Source: Geosiphon pyriformis uo1 (lineage: Eukaryota; Fungi; Glomeromycota). From it: a stretch of DNA of 64,000 nucleotides. Positions 12,501-25,119 of the stretch are shown piece after piece (positions within the stretch are counted from its first letter, which is position 1; every line of letters begins with the position of its first letter). Under the pieces are notes generated by a model, which worked only from the letters and a program-made list of their open reading frames with translations, was not told the origin of the DNA and made no database searches. Where the stretch lies: NCBI GenBank assembly GCA_016748015.1, contig JAAOMT010000571.1:747095-811094 (forward strand), read 5' to 3'. Both the position numbers and the translations under genes were made by a program.

Positions 12501-15069
12501 TATAACTTGGTAATATAATTTATATAAAAAACAAAAATTTAACTTGTAATAATTAATAATACTTGGTATTTTATTTTTTTAGTATAATAACTAGTTTATT
12601 CTAATAATTTTTATTTTTTTAATAAGTAATCCAATTATTAATAAGTTATTCTATACTTATTTTTGTGTTTTTATCAAATTATTTATAATATTGTAATTTT
12701 AATACTTATTTTTTAATTAATTAATTTAATATAAAACAAAACAAAACAAAACAAAAATAAATTAAATTAAATTAAAAGTTAGTATTTTATTAATAATTAT
12801 AATTAAAAGCTATTGTTTTAGTATATTAAATTTTTTAAATATATTATTAATATTAGTTATTTTAATAAACAGAGTATTTAAAATAAGTTATTTTAACAAA
12901 ATAATTGGTAATTTATATATTTAATAATTTTAATAAATGTTTTATTGTAAATAAATAATGTAATTTATTCAAAAAAATTTAATTTTAATTATTAGATGTC
13001 TAATTTAAAGTTAAATATATTTTTTTAATAATAATATTATACATATACATAATTTTTATTATATAAGATATTTTGGTATTTTTAATTATTTTTATATTTT
13101 TTTGAATTATTACTAATATTTTTGGTATTTTTGAAATTTTTGGCATTTTTAATATTTTTAAAATCTTTAATATTATGTTATTTAAATCTTAATATATAAT
13201 TAGCTAATTTATGTTATATATTAATTATTATTATTTTTTATAAGTAATATCAGAAAACAAAAAACAATTTTATTATTATTATTATTATTTTTTTTTAAAA
13301 AATCAAAAAATTATTTTTCTTAATATTATTTTTATTTTAAAATTCGTATTTTTTTTATAAGAAATAAAATATTATTTTATCTGATTTTTTAATATTTATA
13401 TTAATTTTATAATAGTTATATTAATTATAATATTTAATTTGAATTTATTTGTAAACAATTTTTTTTTCTATTTAAATAATAACAATAATAACATATTTGC
13501 TAAATTTAATTTTAATTAATACATAATTAAATTGTTTAATATATTAATTTTTAATTAATTTTTATTGATTTAAAAATAAAACAAATTATATTTTTACATA
13601 TAACTTTAATTAATTAACTTATTAAGTTATTTAATCTTAAAAATTAAACTGATTAAATAAAAATTAAAACAATTTTTTTTTGTTTTTTAGAAATACTATT
13701 TTTCGTAATAATTAAAAAACTATTACAAATTATTAAAAATAAATAATTTTTGGTTTATTGTTTAATAAAACTATTAAATTAAATTAAATTATAAATTTGT
13801 TTTTTTTTTAAATTAATTATTAAAAACAATAATAAGTTTTTTTGTATAAAATTTGTATTTAAGTTTTCTTAATTATCTAAATTAAGTTTTTTAATTTTTT
13901 TATTATTATTTTCAAGATTATATAATTTTTTATAATATCTGTTTTTGTTTTTTTATTGTAACTTTGTATAATGTTTTTTTTACTATTTTTTTTAATAAAA
14001 TTAAAAATATTTTAAGTGTTTTTGGTAATATTGTAAATATTAAACAAAAATCTGTAATATATTATTATAAATTTGAGTTTTAATTTAACAAATAACAAAA
14101 AAAAGATTATTAAAAATAATAAAAATAAAAATAAAAAAATTTAATTAAAAAATTTAATTAATAAGAATTTAATATATAATTAGTTTTAAAATTATAATTG
14201 CTTAATTTTTTCTGAAAAATTTAAAAATAAAAAAATAGTTTGTAATTATTAACAAAATAATATTATTTTTATTATTTTATGTCTTATTTGATAATTTTTA
14301 AAATTAATCACAAATATTATTATGTTTTTTAATTAATAATATAAAATAAAATAAAATAAAATATATAAATATTAACAAGTGAATTTTTATTTATAAATAT
14401 TTAAATACTTGAAAATTAAAAAAAGGTTTAAGCAATATAAAAAAAAATATTGAATATGTTTTTATTGTATTTATTATCTAAATTATATGGTTTTTTATAA
14501 TTAAAGAATTTATTGCTTATATAATTACTAAAAAAATAATTATTATTTTTAAAAACTTTTTGTTTTTTTTATAATTAAAAAAAATGTTGTTTATTTTTAT
14601 AATATTTAAATTTTTTGTACATATAAATAAATAATTGAAATTTTTTATCATATTATATTAAATATAAATTATATCGTTTTTTAATTATAATAAACAATTT
14701 TTTGATAATAATTTTTATAATTTATATATAATTAATTAAAATTTATTAATAAAATAAGTTTAAAATATTAACTTAAATATTATATTAAAGTTATTTTTTT
14801 TAATTTATATTTTTAATCAAAAAATATTAGTGTATCTAATTTTAAATTTAACTTTTTATTTAATATAATTAATATTACAAATATTAAATATATTTTAGTT
14901 ATTTGCAATTTTTAAATCTTTTTTTTAAATGTTTATTAATAGCAAAATCAAAGTTTTTAATTAAACAATTAATAAAAACATTTTTTTTTATGTTTTAATC
15001 TTAATTAAAATTACATTTTTTTTTAAATTTTTAATAAAATTAATATAACAACCAAAAAAAATTTTTATT

Positions 15070-15102
15070 ATTATTAAATGTTTAACAAGTAAAGCCCTAC
15101 TG
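15070..15102 (-). mobile_element. ~30-bp 5'-truncated LINE 3' stub
   Basis: Minus strand CAGTAGGGCTTTACTTGTTAAAC+(AAT)n resembles the LINE 3' termini; AAAAAATT-like flanks. Confidence 0.5.
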
Positions 15103-15375
15103 AAAAAATTATTTAAATAATTATAATACAAGTAATTAATACAATTTAAAATTAAATAATAAATATTTATAATATTAACAAGTTAATTATATTATAAAAA
15201 AATAATTAATATTATAAAAATAATTAAAACTTGAATAAATAAATATGTTTATATTAAAAATTTAATAAATAAGCATTTAAATAAAATAAAAACATATGTA
15301 AAAAACAAACAGCTGTTTTTATAATATGTAATATTTTTTATTATATAATAATAAATAATAGTTAAATTATATTTA

Positions 15376-15449
15376 TTTATTTTTATTAAGCAATTAATGA
15401 GTGAAGCCTAATTGCTATTTAGTACATAGAACCACCCTAAGTAGAACAC
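15376..15449 (-). mobile_element. 74-bp 5'-truncated LINE 3' stub with TSD
   Basis: Matches copy B 3'UTR (tgagtRaagYcYaaYtgctatYtagtacatag); TSD ATTATATTTA at 15366-75 and 15450-59. Confidence 0.75.
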
Positions 15450-16050
15450 ATTATATTTAATTAATAATAAAAAACATGTATAAAAAACAATTTAAAAGAA
15501 ATATTATATTACTTAAATTTTATTAAAAATATATAATTAATTATAAAAAATAAATTTTTTAATTTAAATAAAAATATAAGTATTTATTATTTAAGTTTTT
15601 TAATTAAACAAATTATATTTGCAATAAAAAAATATTGGTTTTATAAAAAAAATTTAACATTTAAAAAAACCAATTTTTAAGCTTAATTTTAAATTAAAAT
15701 ATTAAAATACAAAACTTAATTAATTATTTAAAAAGTTTTTAATCAGTTAAAATTTTTTTAAAATAATTAATATAGTTAAATAATGCTTATTATATTTTAA
15801 AATAAATTATTTATTATTTATTATAATTATTTATGGATTTTTTTTATATAAATAATGTTTTAAAAAAATATTTACCAAAAAAACAACTAGTTTTTAAAGT
15901 TTTTAAGCTATAAATTACATAATAAAAGATTTAAATAAAATATCAATAATAATATAATTAATAGAATAGTTTAAAAACAAAATTTTTCTTTTATATTGAA
16001 AATTATAATATTTTTTTTTAGTTAAAAACTTTATTTTTTATTATTATTGT

Positions 16051-19000
16051 TTTTTTTTCTGCTTTTATTGAGTAAAGTCCAACTGCTATCTAGTACATAG
16101 AGCCAAATTAAGTAACCCAAACTAAATGCAATTTACGTACTTACTACATATAGCTAGCCACTCAGGTCAGTCAAAGCAACACTACACACCTATATTGACA
16201 CTAATAACACCACCTAGACCAAAAAAAAAACAGCACGGCAAATGACGACCAAAGCTAACAGCAAATAATTCAACCACACCAAGCATTCTAACCATTCCAC
16301 CTAACAATATAAAAGAAGAAACATCATGAGACAGACCAGAAACAACCCCACCATCAGCAACCAAACCAGTCTTTTTCATCTGCACTCTGTGCTCAGATCT
16401 CACCAACCATGCCTTCACACAATGTAAATTAGCTACAAATCTAACAAAACTGACAACCTTACCAATGACCTGCTTCTTATCTTCAAATACACCCCAAGCT
16501 TTCTTACATCATTCATCCAGCACGAAGCCTTTACACACAATAGAATACAAACCTACATCCAGAAAACAGGCAGACAATATCCACAAAACAGCTGAAGACA
16601 ATAAGTTACAAAGACCCGTCACCAAAACCCAATGAGCAAAAGCCTCAACCAGAACCTCATCACAAATAACAACATCCCGAGGGCATGTGAAGGCATGGTC
16701 AGAAAATTCCACTCTACCACACAGCAGGCACAATACGCCAGGATAACCTCTATCATACAGTCTTTTCCGAACAGCTACTGGAAGGCGCTTGTGTACAGCT
16801 TTCATCAAATATAAGTGCAAATTTGAAGTTTTCCGACCAGTGAACTCAGCGAGCATATGAGAATCTGAATGCCAAATTTTCACAGTAGAAATCCAGTCTA
16901 CACATCCAACAAGGTCAACAGGTATCACACTCACACCAGGCCCAGCCTCCCAGTAAGCATGATTAATAGATCAAAAAATGTCCCTTACAAAGTAGCGGAC
17001 ATTGCCAAAAATCACCGTGTTTTCAGCCACCAAATAATGTTCATGAATTCCAGCCGACAAAAAGAAGGAAGATTGAGCAGCATCCCCAGCTGCCAAATCA
17101 GCCTTGATATTACCCAAAATACCAGAATAGCTCTTAACCTTAACTCAAACCACTTCAAGATCTTTTTCCCTAACCAAATTGAAAATATGGTGTCTCTCTA
17201 ACCAGCACCGATTACAAAAATCAGGCATGGCACAAGACAACTCTGACAAGCAGGCATCAATAACAGCTTGGCTATCAGTATGCAAAATCACTCGACAAGA
17301 GGAAAATACACACTCAAAAGCCAACACAACAGCCTGCAACTCAGCCAAAATAGAGGACAGTAGACCACCAACCACAACACCAACACTTTTATCCAAAACC
17401 AGAAAATACACAGCAGCACCACAAGTAGCATCAACCGAGCCAGCATTTTTCAAAGATCCATTAGTATACACCTTAAAGCAACTAGACCAGATATCATGCA
17501 ATCCATCTTTCACCAGAGAAAACACTTCAGAATCTAAAATGTTTATATCAACAGACTAAGCAAAACCAGCAGAACTGGAAGCAGAAAAGCCCTGAACCAA
17601 CATAAACTTGGACACAATTGAGAACCAGTAAAGCATGGGGTCCTGTGGGTTCAACCTTTTTTAACAACGAAAGGTCTTCCAATCTAGCACACAGCCTTTC
17701 TTATTCAAAATCCAATCACCAAAAGCAACCCCAAAACGCTTCAGAGAGTAAACAGAATTAAAATATTCAGAACTACCTAGAATTAATGAAAGTAAAAAAT
17801 GACCTGGACTGCAAATGGCATTGAGAAGGTTGTTAGCCAAAGAAAACTCATTACTCAAAAAAATCTTCACAATTTCAGCCAAAAAGTTGTTGACTAGACT
17901 AACACACAACTTGAAAAGAAACTGCAAAGGATCCAGAAAAGCCCAGCCAAGAATCTGCAAGTCTAAAAACCTATGATTGAACAAACACCCAAGGATCCCA
18001 GAGGCATTAGAAAAAGACACCAAAGCAGCAATTTTCTCTTCAGATTGCACTTGTTCAAAAGTCTTCAAGCCATACAAAGAAGGGTGATATAAGGCAGCAT
18101 CCGAAAAATCACGAGGCAAACCAGCTTTGGACTTAAGACCCTTCCTAACCATAACATTCCATTTGTGACAAACATCAGATAAAACAAAACTAAACTGAGT
18201 CTGATAACTAACAATAGGCTGCAAGACAGTCGAGACCAAATATAAGAACTGCTTATCTGTGATAGCCTTCTTGAGCATAACATTGACAAAAAAACAAACA
18301 TCAAAATGAGCTTTGGATACATTAGGTTTAGACAAGCCCTCCATTAACAAGAAGATACTCAGATAACAATGAGCTTCACTCTTTTTAGCAATCAAGATTG
18401 GCTGATCACAAATATTCAGAGAGGCAACTCTAACACCCTGGTTAATGGGAATAGCCACCATCTTATCATTATTAATAGAAATATTATTGATTTTGAAGAA
18501 CTCACTGGCAATGTTCAGAGCATACTGAGTGGAGGCTTGACAATTTCCAATCCAAATCGTATCATTGACAAATGCACCAGCTGCCAAGTAAGATGTCATC
18601 TCACTCACATCCTCAACTCTGCCTGTCTTCGCAACAAACTTAGAATCAACATGGTATCCACACAAATGCTTGTGTCATTTCACTTTACATAAGAGTGGAT
18701 CATAGAAAATTCTCCATAAGAAAAGCGAAAAAACTTCACCCTGATCCAATCCATCATGTATACTATAGCCATCTGACAAGCCGAAATCAGTCATCACCTT
18801 GTTAACCCTATCCTTGTGAATATTCCCAAAAAACCCAATAAATCTCTCACACATTTTGATATGCCACAGACTAGCTTTCAAGTGAGACCAACCAACAGAA
18901 TCATATGCCTTCCGCATATTCTGCAAAACCAACCAAATTTTCCTATTCTTTTCAAGAACATTCTCCACAACTAAACCAACTGCAAACACTGGAAATTGCA

Positions 19001-22000
19001 TAGAAGTACCATGGAACACCGAAAAATTATCACCCCAGAAAACACCAAACTTACTACAAGCCAAAAAGATGCGATCAGACAAAATTTTAGACAAAATCTT
19101 TCTAGCAGTCTCAATTAAAGCAATAGGTTGAGTATTAGTAAGAACTCTATCCCAATCATAAGACTTAGAGATTATTGAGACCCACGCTTTCTTCCACAAA
19201 GCAGGCACCATGCCAACAGACAAGCACACATTCAGCAACACCAAAAGACATTCTAACACCTCACCACAATCATGTTTTCAGAGTTCATTGGGAATGCCAG
19301 ACAAGCCAGCAGCTTTGTTATCAGGCAGACTATTAATAACCAAAAGCAATTCACCTATGCTAATCACATTTATTACGTTAGAAAAGGCATCATCTCTAAC
19401 ATAGTTCAAAGGTGCATACTAACAAGCCCAGAGATCAGACAGCACCATAGGCATCACATGCTTCCGTGTCCAACCCTCCATAATTCTGTTAACACTTGAC
19501 CTGACCTTCTCTGGCTTCAATATCAACTTATCATTAACCACCAAGTGATCCAACACCACCTTTTGAAATGGCCGATCCAAAACACTCCTAATCATACTTC
19601 TTTTGTCTGAGCAAAATTGTTCTATACACCTCTTAATAGTCTTTCTGATAGTAGCCTCTTGCAGCAACTTTGATTCAAACATCTTGGATTTTCTGTACCC
19701 CTTTCTGATGAGTGACAAATAACTAAGAAGGTTCTCTACTTTTTGGCCACCACAAACCATGTTTTCTAGAATGAGAGCTTTACTGGCATTCAGAGCTAAC
19801 CATTTTTTCACAAATTGATCGAAACCAGAAGTATCAGCAGAGATCATGCATTTGACTATCTTGGCAATCAGCAACTCCAAACCCAGGAATCTAGAAAAAT
19901 ATTTATTTTTTGAGCACTAAAAATCACAGAACCAATGTCTGGAAAATATTTCATCTGCAGAATCCACCACCACTTTTTCCAGCAAAGACCACATAACATC
20001 CAAATCAAGACCAGCAGCAGTGCCAAGAAACTTTTCCTTTACCTCCAACATCTTAGCAGAGGAACATTTCTTAAAACAGGACCACCCAGCACCATCAGCA
20101 TTCTTGATCCTAAACTTCCAATGGTCCTTGTTGGCCTGCTTATGCAAACCATTCAGCTGAACATCTAAGAGCCCACCCAGGCCAACTAATATCATGACAG
20201 ATTTGTGATCCGTATTGAAGAAATCAGAAACAGAATTGACACAATGTTTCACAACAGCAAAAGATAGAGTCCCACTAACAAAAATAAAATCAATTGTTTT
20301 CTCCACCCCCCTAGAATTGCTCCATATAGCCGTTTTGACCAAAGAGTGTCCAGCAAAAGAATTGACTAAACCCAAACCCAAACAGAACTTAAAACTCCCA
20401 CTCCTTTCAGAATTATTCTCGTTGAAATCACCACCCAAAATGACAAAAGTGCTGGAGTTAACAGCCTTAGCAATAAGAGAATTTACTGCAGAAGCCTAAG
20501 CAAACCTAGTTCCAGGAGAAGCACCAGCATACAAACCCAGAATTGTAACCAAAAGCTTGTCTTTAAACAAAAGCTGAATCGAAATCAAACACCTAGGAAC
20601 CTCCTCAACCCTAGCAACATGGCGAGCCAAAGAGTTGTTCATAATTACAGCAATGCCAGCACCAAGATAACCAATATCCAAACCAGAAGTAAAAATCCGA
20701 ACCCCATCAAATTTGTTCCTGATTTATGATCCAGAAGAGAACCTTAATTTTGTCTCAGCAACAAAGAAAACCATATTTCCAGAACTCATATGCCAATGAA
20801 CTATGTTTGCCTGTTTTGCAGGGACATTAATATCCCGAATGTTGCACATAGCTAATTTCCAGACTAAATCACTTATTGGGATGAAGGGGGTAAAAACAAG
20901 CCCGAACCAGAACACAAGAGATCCAATCTTACTAGAATCAAACCAAATAAAGCTTCTAGAGCAAACAATTTGGATTCTAAACTGCCAACCTTGGAGATAA
21001 GAACCTTAGAACCATTTGAACTAAGACCAGCAGTAGGCTCATTACTACCAGAAAAAAAAAAAATGGACAGAGCCAACATATCATCCAGAGCCATATCTAA
21101 ATCCACAACCAGAGCTGAAGACACTAAACCAGCCATAGAAGAAGCATGAGAAGTGGATGCCAAAGACATCAGATCAACAAAACTCAATTTCTTAAGAATA
21201 ACAGAAACCTGATCCAAAAAAATTTCCAAAGAATGCTCTAAAACCACCAAACAATCACCCAAACCATTGACCTGAGGATCAGAAAAACCAAAAGAGAGAG
21301 ACATACCACCAGAAAGCAAACCAGAACCAGAAGAGAAGCCACCAGAAGGGGAGGCAAGAGACACCACTTGAGCCCACAATTTTCTGCCAAAAGCAACAGA
21401 GCGAGAGATAGGAATATTTTTTTTCGCATACAACCTGGCTAACTGAAGATGATTAAAACCAGAAGCAGACTTCTTAAACAAATTTGGGAGACCAGAAGAT
21501 GACTTAACTAATACATCACATTCTAGAGTAGAATGGCCAAAATGCCCACACTTTCCACACCGAACCAAATCTAACCTAGCTCATGAGAGACGCACCCTAC
21601 TGAAAATAGGCTTAGTAAGAAAAGCAGATTCCAACTCCTTATTAGATTCAAAGCCAACCACAGCACAACAAAATCTATTGCCAGTTTCCAATGAACAATT
21701 GATGATACAAGTTTTTTCGCCAGCTTTTTCCAAAAGAGTACCAAGATTATGTGCAGTTGTTCCCACTGGCAAAGTAAACAACAGCACCCTGAACTGATCT
21801 TTTGATGCCCAGATATTGCAATCTCCTGCTGCTTTGGCAATATGTACTAAATCCTTTCCGATCAGGAATGACCATTTTGAGACCAACAGATCAGCTTAAC
21901 TCAATTCGGAAAACCCCATCATAGCTTTTTGCCACATTCCAATTAACTGAATTTTGATCGACTTAATTTGCCTAAACTCGGAGACTGTGGCAATGATCAT

Positions 22001-22860
22001 ATCCCTAGGCATGTTCATGGGAATTTTCTTAATCACTACGGTCTGATCTGAACGAAATTCTTGTTTTCTAAGATTATTGTTTATGCTGATTCTATTTTTA
22101 CTAACCAATAAAATGGTCTTCTTCATGCTTTTCTCTGATGTAAACATTGATCTAATAATCCCTTCAAATTTTGAGGGGGTAGTGGCTCCTCCAAAACCAT
22201 TGATTTTTGAAAAAATTTTTCTGATGAACTGAGTTTTTTGCATAGCCAATTTCTTTTTCACAGCCAAAAGATTGATGTCTAAAGCAAATGATTTCTTAAC
22301 CGACACCTCTACAGGAGTTTTGATGATCTTGGGATCAATCCAAATCTTATCCAAAGGAATTTTTTTCCTAAGGGGGAGCGGAAGGGGCTTTACTTTTTCA
22401 TCCATTTCAAAGTCAGGAGAACCAATAAGAGAACCAAAATTTGCACCAGCATTCACTCATTTAGCCTTGGGAGTGTTAACAGCCGAGTCTAAGAGAGAAC
22501 CATCAAAACCACCAGACATACTAACATTTTCATCATTACCAGATAGGCTCTCCATATTAGAATATACACTAGCACCAGAACCAGACTTCAAAGAAATATC
22601 TTTTTCATCATCAGAGTGTTTAATATTTTCAAGAGAAGTCTTCTTTTTTTGTGAAAAGGAACCACCAACAGGACTGTGAAACATGCCCTTAGGAGCCTTC
22701 TTACTAAACATGCTGCCACTAGAGACAGCCTCCAAATCCATGATGAAAGAGTTATTAGTTAAAGAAATGTTAATATATTATTAACAAGAAAAACAAAAAA
22801 CTTCTTTTCTCAGAAAAGTGCTCATTGGGATTTTTTAAAGGTAGAAGAGAAAAAAAAGTT
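16051..22860 (-). mobile_element. LINE copy B, full length and degenerate (ORF1 22741-20873; ORF2 ~20876-16182)
   Basis: ORF1 knuckle CGKCGHFGHSTLEC; APE motifs NIRD/ETK/GGDFN/TDH; RT KAYDSV, GLDQG, FVND; RNase H; likely TSD tttttattattattRt. Confidence 0.92.
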
Positions 22861-23750
22861 TTTTTATTATTATTATCTAATAATAAATAATTATTTGTTT
22901 AAAATATTTTTTTTTAAAATATAAATTATTTGTTTAACTTTTTTAAGAATTAAAAATATTTTTAAAATTTTATTTAACTACTTATTATAATTTATTCTTA
23001 TTTTTTTGTTTATATTATTTAATATTACTAAACTTATAAAAATACATAATATTTAATTTACATAAAAAAATCTTAATAATAATAATATTTAAAGTAAAAA
23101 AACAAAATATTAATATAAAAACAAATATTGTATATAAACAATTACTTTTTATTATAATTATTAGTTTTTATATTGTTAATTAATATAAATTACAAAAAAA
23201 ACAAAAATTAATATTAGTTAAATTTGATATTAATTTAAACACAATAAAAATAAAAGAATTAAAATATGTAATATTATTAATTTTATTTTCTTAATACTTT
23301 AATATTATTTTATAAAAGCATACTTAATTATAAAATTTTTTTAATTAAAAACTAAATTGTATTTATAACTATTTTAATAGATAAAATTATAATAATTATA
23401 AAATAATATTAAGTCTTTTTTTGTAATAAAACAAAAATATATTAATTTTTAATTATTTAAATTTATTATAAATAACTTATAATTGTTTATTTTATTAAAA
23501 AATATAAAAATTAAACTATTTTGTTGTTTATTATATTTAATTATAAATTACTTTATAATACAATAATAAAATTATTTATTGAATAAAATATTAAATTTAC
23601 AAAACAACAACCAGTTAAATTACTTAATAATATTATAAAAAAAACCAGTTTTATTATTAATCTTTTAAATTTCATTAATTATATATTAATATTATAATTT
23701 ATTAATTAACCAAAAATTTTTAATTATATAAAATCTTATTTATAATTAAT
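22861..23750. other. AT-rich eroded TE ghost
   Basis: Near absence of G/C between two LINE insertions. Confidence 0.45.
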
Positions 23751-24945
23751 GCAGGTCGGAGTTAGATCTGGTGTGTCCCGATTTTCGTAATCAGTGTTGG
23801 GTCAAACGTCATCATATTGTCAATGTAATTCGCAGTAAGAAGTTAAGGGTTAGCTTTCGCAAGGTGAAGGGTCATTCTGGTGTTTTAGGAAACAAGCGTG
23901 CTGATGCGATTGCTGGTGCCACTTTTCTTTCCAATTGGTATCTTCCCCCTCACTTAAGTGAACACTTCTTGGCAGCTGATGGTGATGTTGTTTCTGGAAA
24001 TTTGAGGCATTTTGTTCGTGATATTTATCGTTCTATTTGTCGTGTGTGATGGAAGGTTGGTTCCAGTTCTGGGGTTTTGGTTGGCAGCTTGTCTTCTGAG
24101 GTTGATTGGCCCCGTTCATTAATGGTGTGACATCCTGATTTGCACATGGCTGCAGGATTCACCAGCAGGTATTCGTCCAGTATGCGTACTTATTTTATGA
24201 AGTCTTTGCACCATTGGCTGCCAGTTGCTGTTCGGAAGCGCCTCTATGATAAACATTATCCTAGCGTGTTGTGCTTGTATTGTGGTGAGATGGAGGTGTC
24301 GGATCATGTGTTCTCTTACAAGGTTGACGAATCTGTTCGGCGCCAGTTGCTGAATTCTCATGTAGGGTCCTGGAAGGCACTTTCTGGCTCATCTCACTCC
24401 TCCTCGGATATATTGCAGCTGTTGTCATCCAGTGTTTTTGATTCCTCTGTGTCTATGGCTCTTTTTAAGGGCTTTGTTTTCAATGGATGGTTTAGCGAGG
24501 CTGTTTCCATCTTTCATGACCCCAAGATTGCTGTTTTGGAGATTGTCAAGTTTGTGCGCTCTCTTGGTCTTGCTTTCAGGAAGGATGTCTGGTTGATTCA
24601 TGCTAAGCATCGTGCATATATGGAGAAGAATGGACTGATCCCACTAGATGGTTCAGCCGTTGTCTCGGTTCATGGTTTGGCTTCGAGGTTCTCTACAGGG
24701 GTGGTTAGGTTACTTGGTATTACTAGTGCTTTAGGTGTTCATTTTGGTTTTCGCAAGGCTTGCTTGTTCTTTTCAGATATAGGTGAATCAGTGTCAGTTC
24801 ATATAGCTGCGTAGTGTTGTTTTGATCGGCCTGAGTGGCTGGTCACGTGTAGAAAGTGCATGATTTACGCCTGGTTTAGATCAATTCCTTGATGTATAGT
24901 GCTAGGTTGTGTTTGGACCTCACTCATTAAGCAATAATAATAAAA
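23751..24945 (+). mobile_element. LINE copy C, 5'-truncated and relatively young
   Basis: End of RNase H (KVKGHSG..GN..AD), Zn finger, 3'UTR and AAT/A tail; likely TSD ATAATTAAT; retains more CpG than the other copies. Confidence 0.9.
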
Positions 24946-25119
24946 ATAATTAATAAAATACTATATAATTATTTAAAAAAATATTGCTACAAAACTTTTA
25001 AATATATTTAATAAATAAAAAATAAATTGTATAATAAAATTATTAGCAAAATTATAAATAATAATACAAAAATCTGAAAAATACTTTAAAATATAAATGA
25101 AATATAATAAAAAAAAAAA

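Larger units (their letters stand above)
12500..16050. other. Extremely AT-rich eroded TE block, possibly old LINE ORF2 on the minus strand
   Basis: Almost no G/C; only weak R/Y resemblance to LINE ORF2. Confidence 0.35.

Noticed and set aside
9611-16050. Organelle insertion, endosymbiont DNA or simple low-complexity sequence
   Set aside because: No RNA genes or ORFs are visible, and part of it is collinear with the Gypsy in R/Y space
24824-24930. Hammerhead or HDV ribozyme in the LINE 3'UTR
   Set aside because: The CUGAUGA/GAAA core and HDV topology are not matched; reported only as a structured RNA
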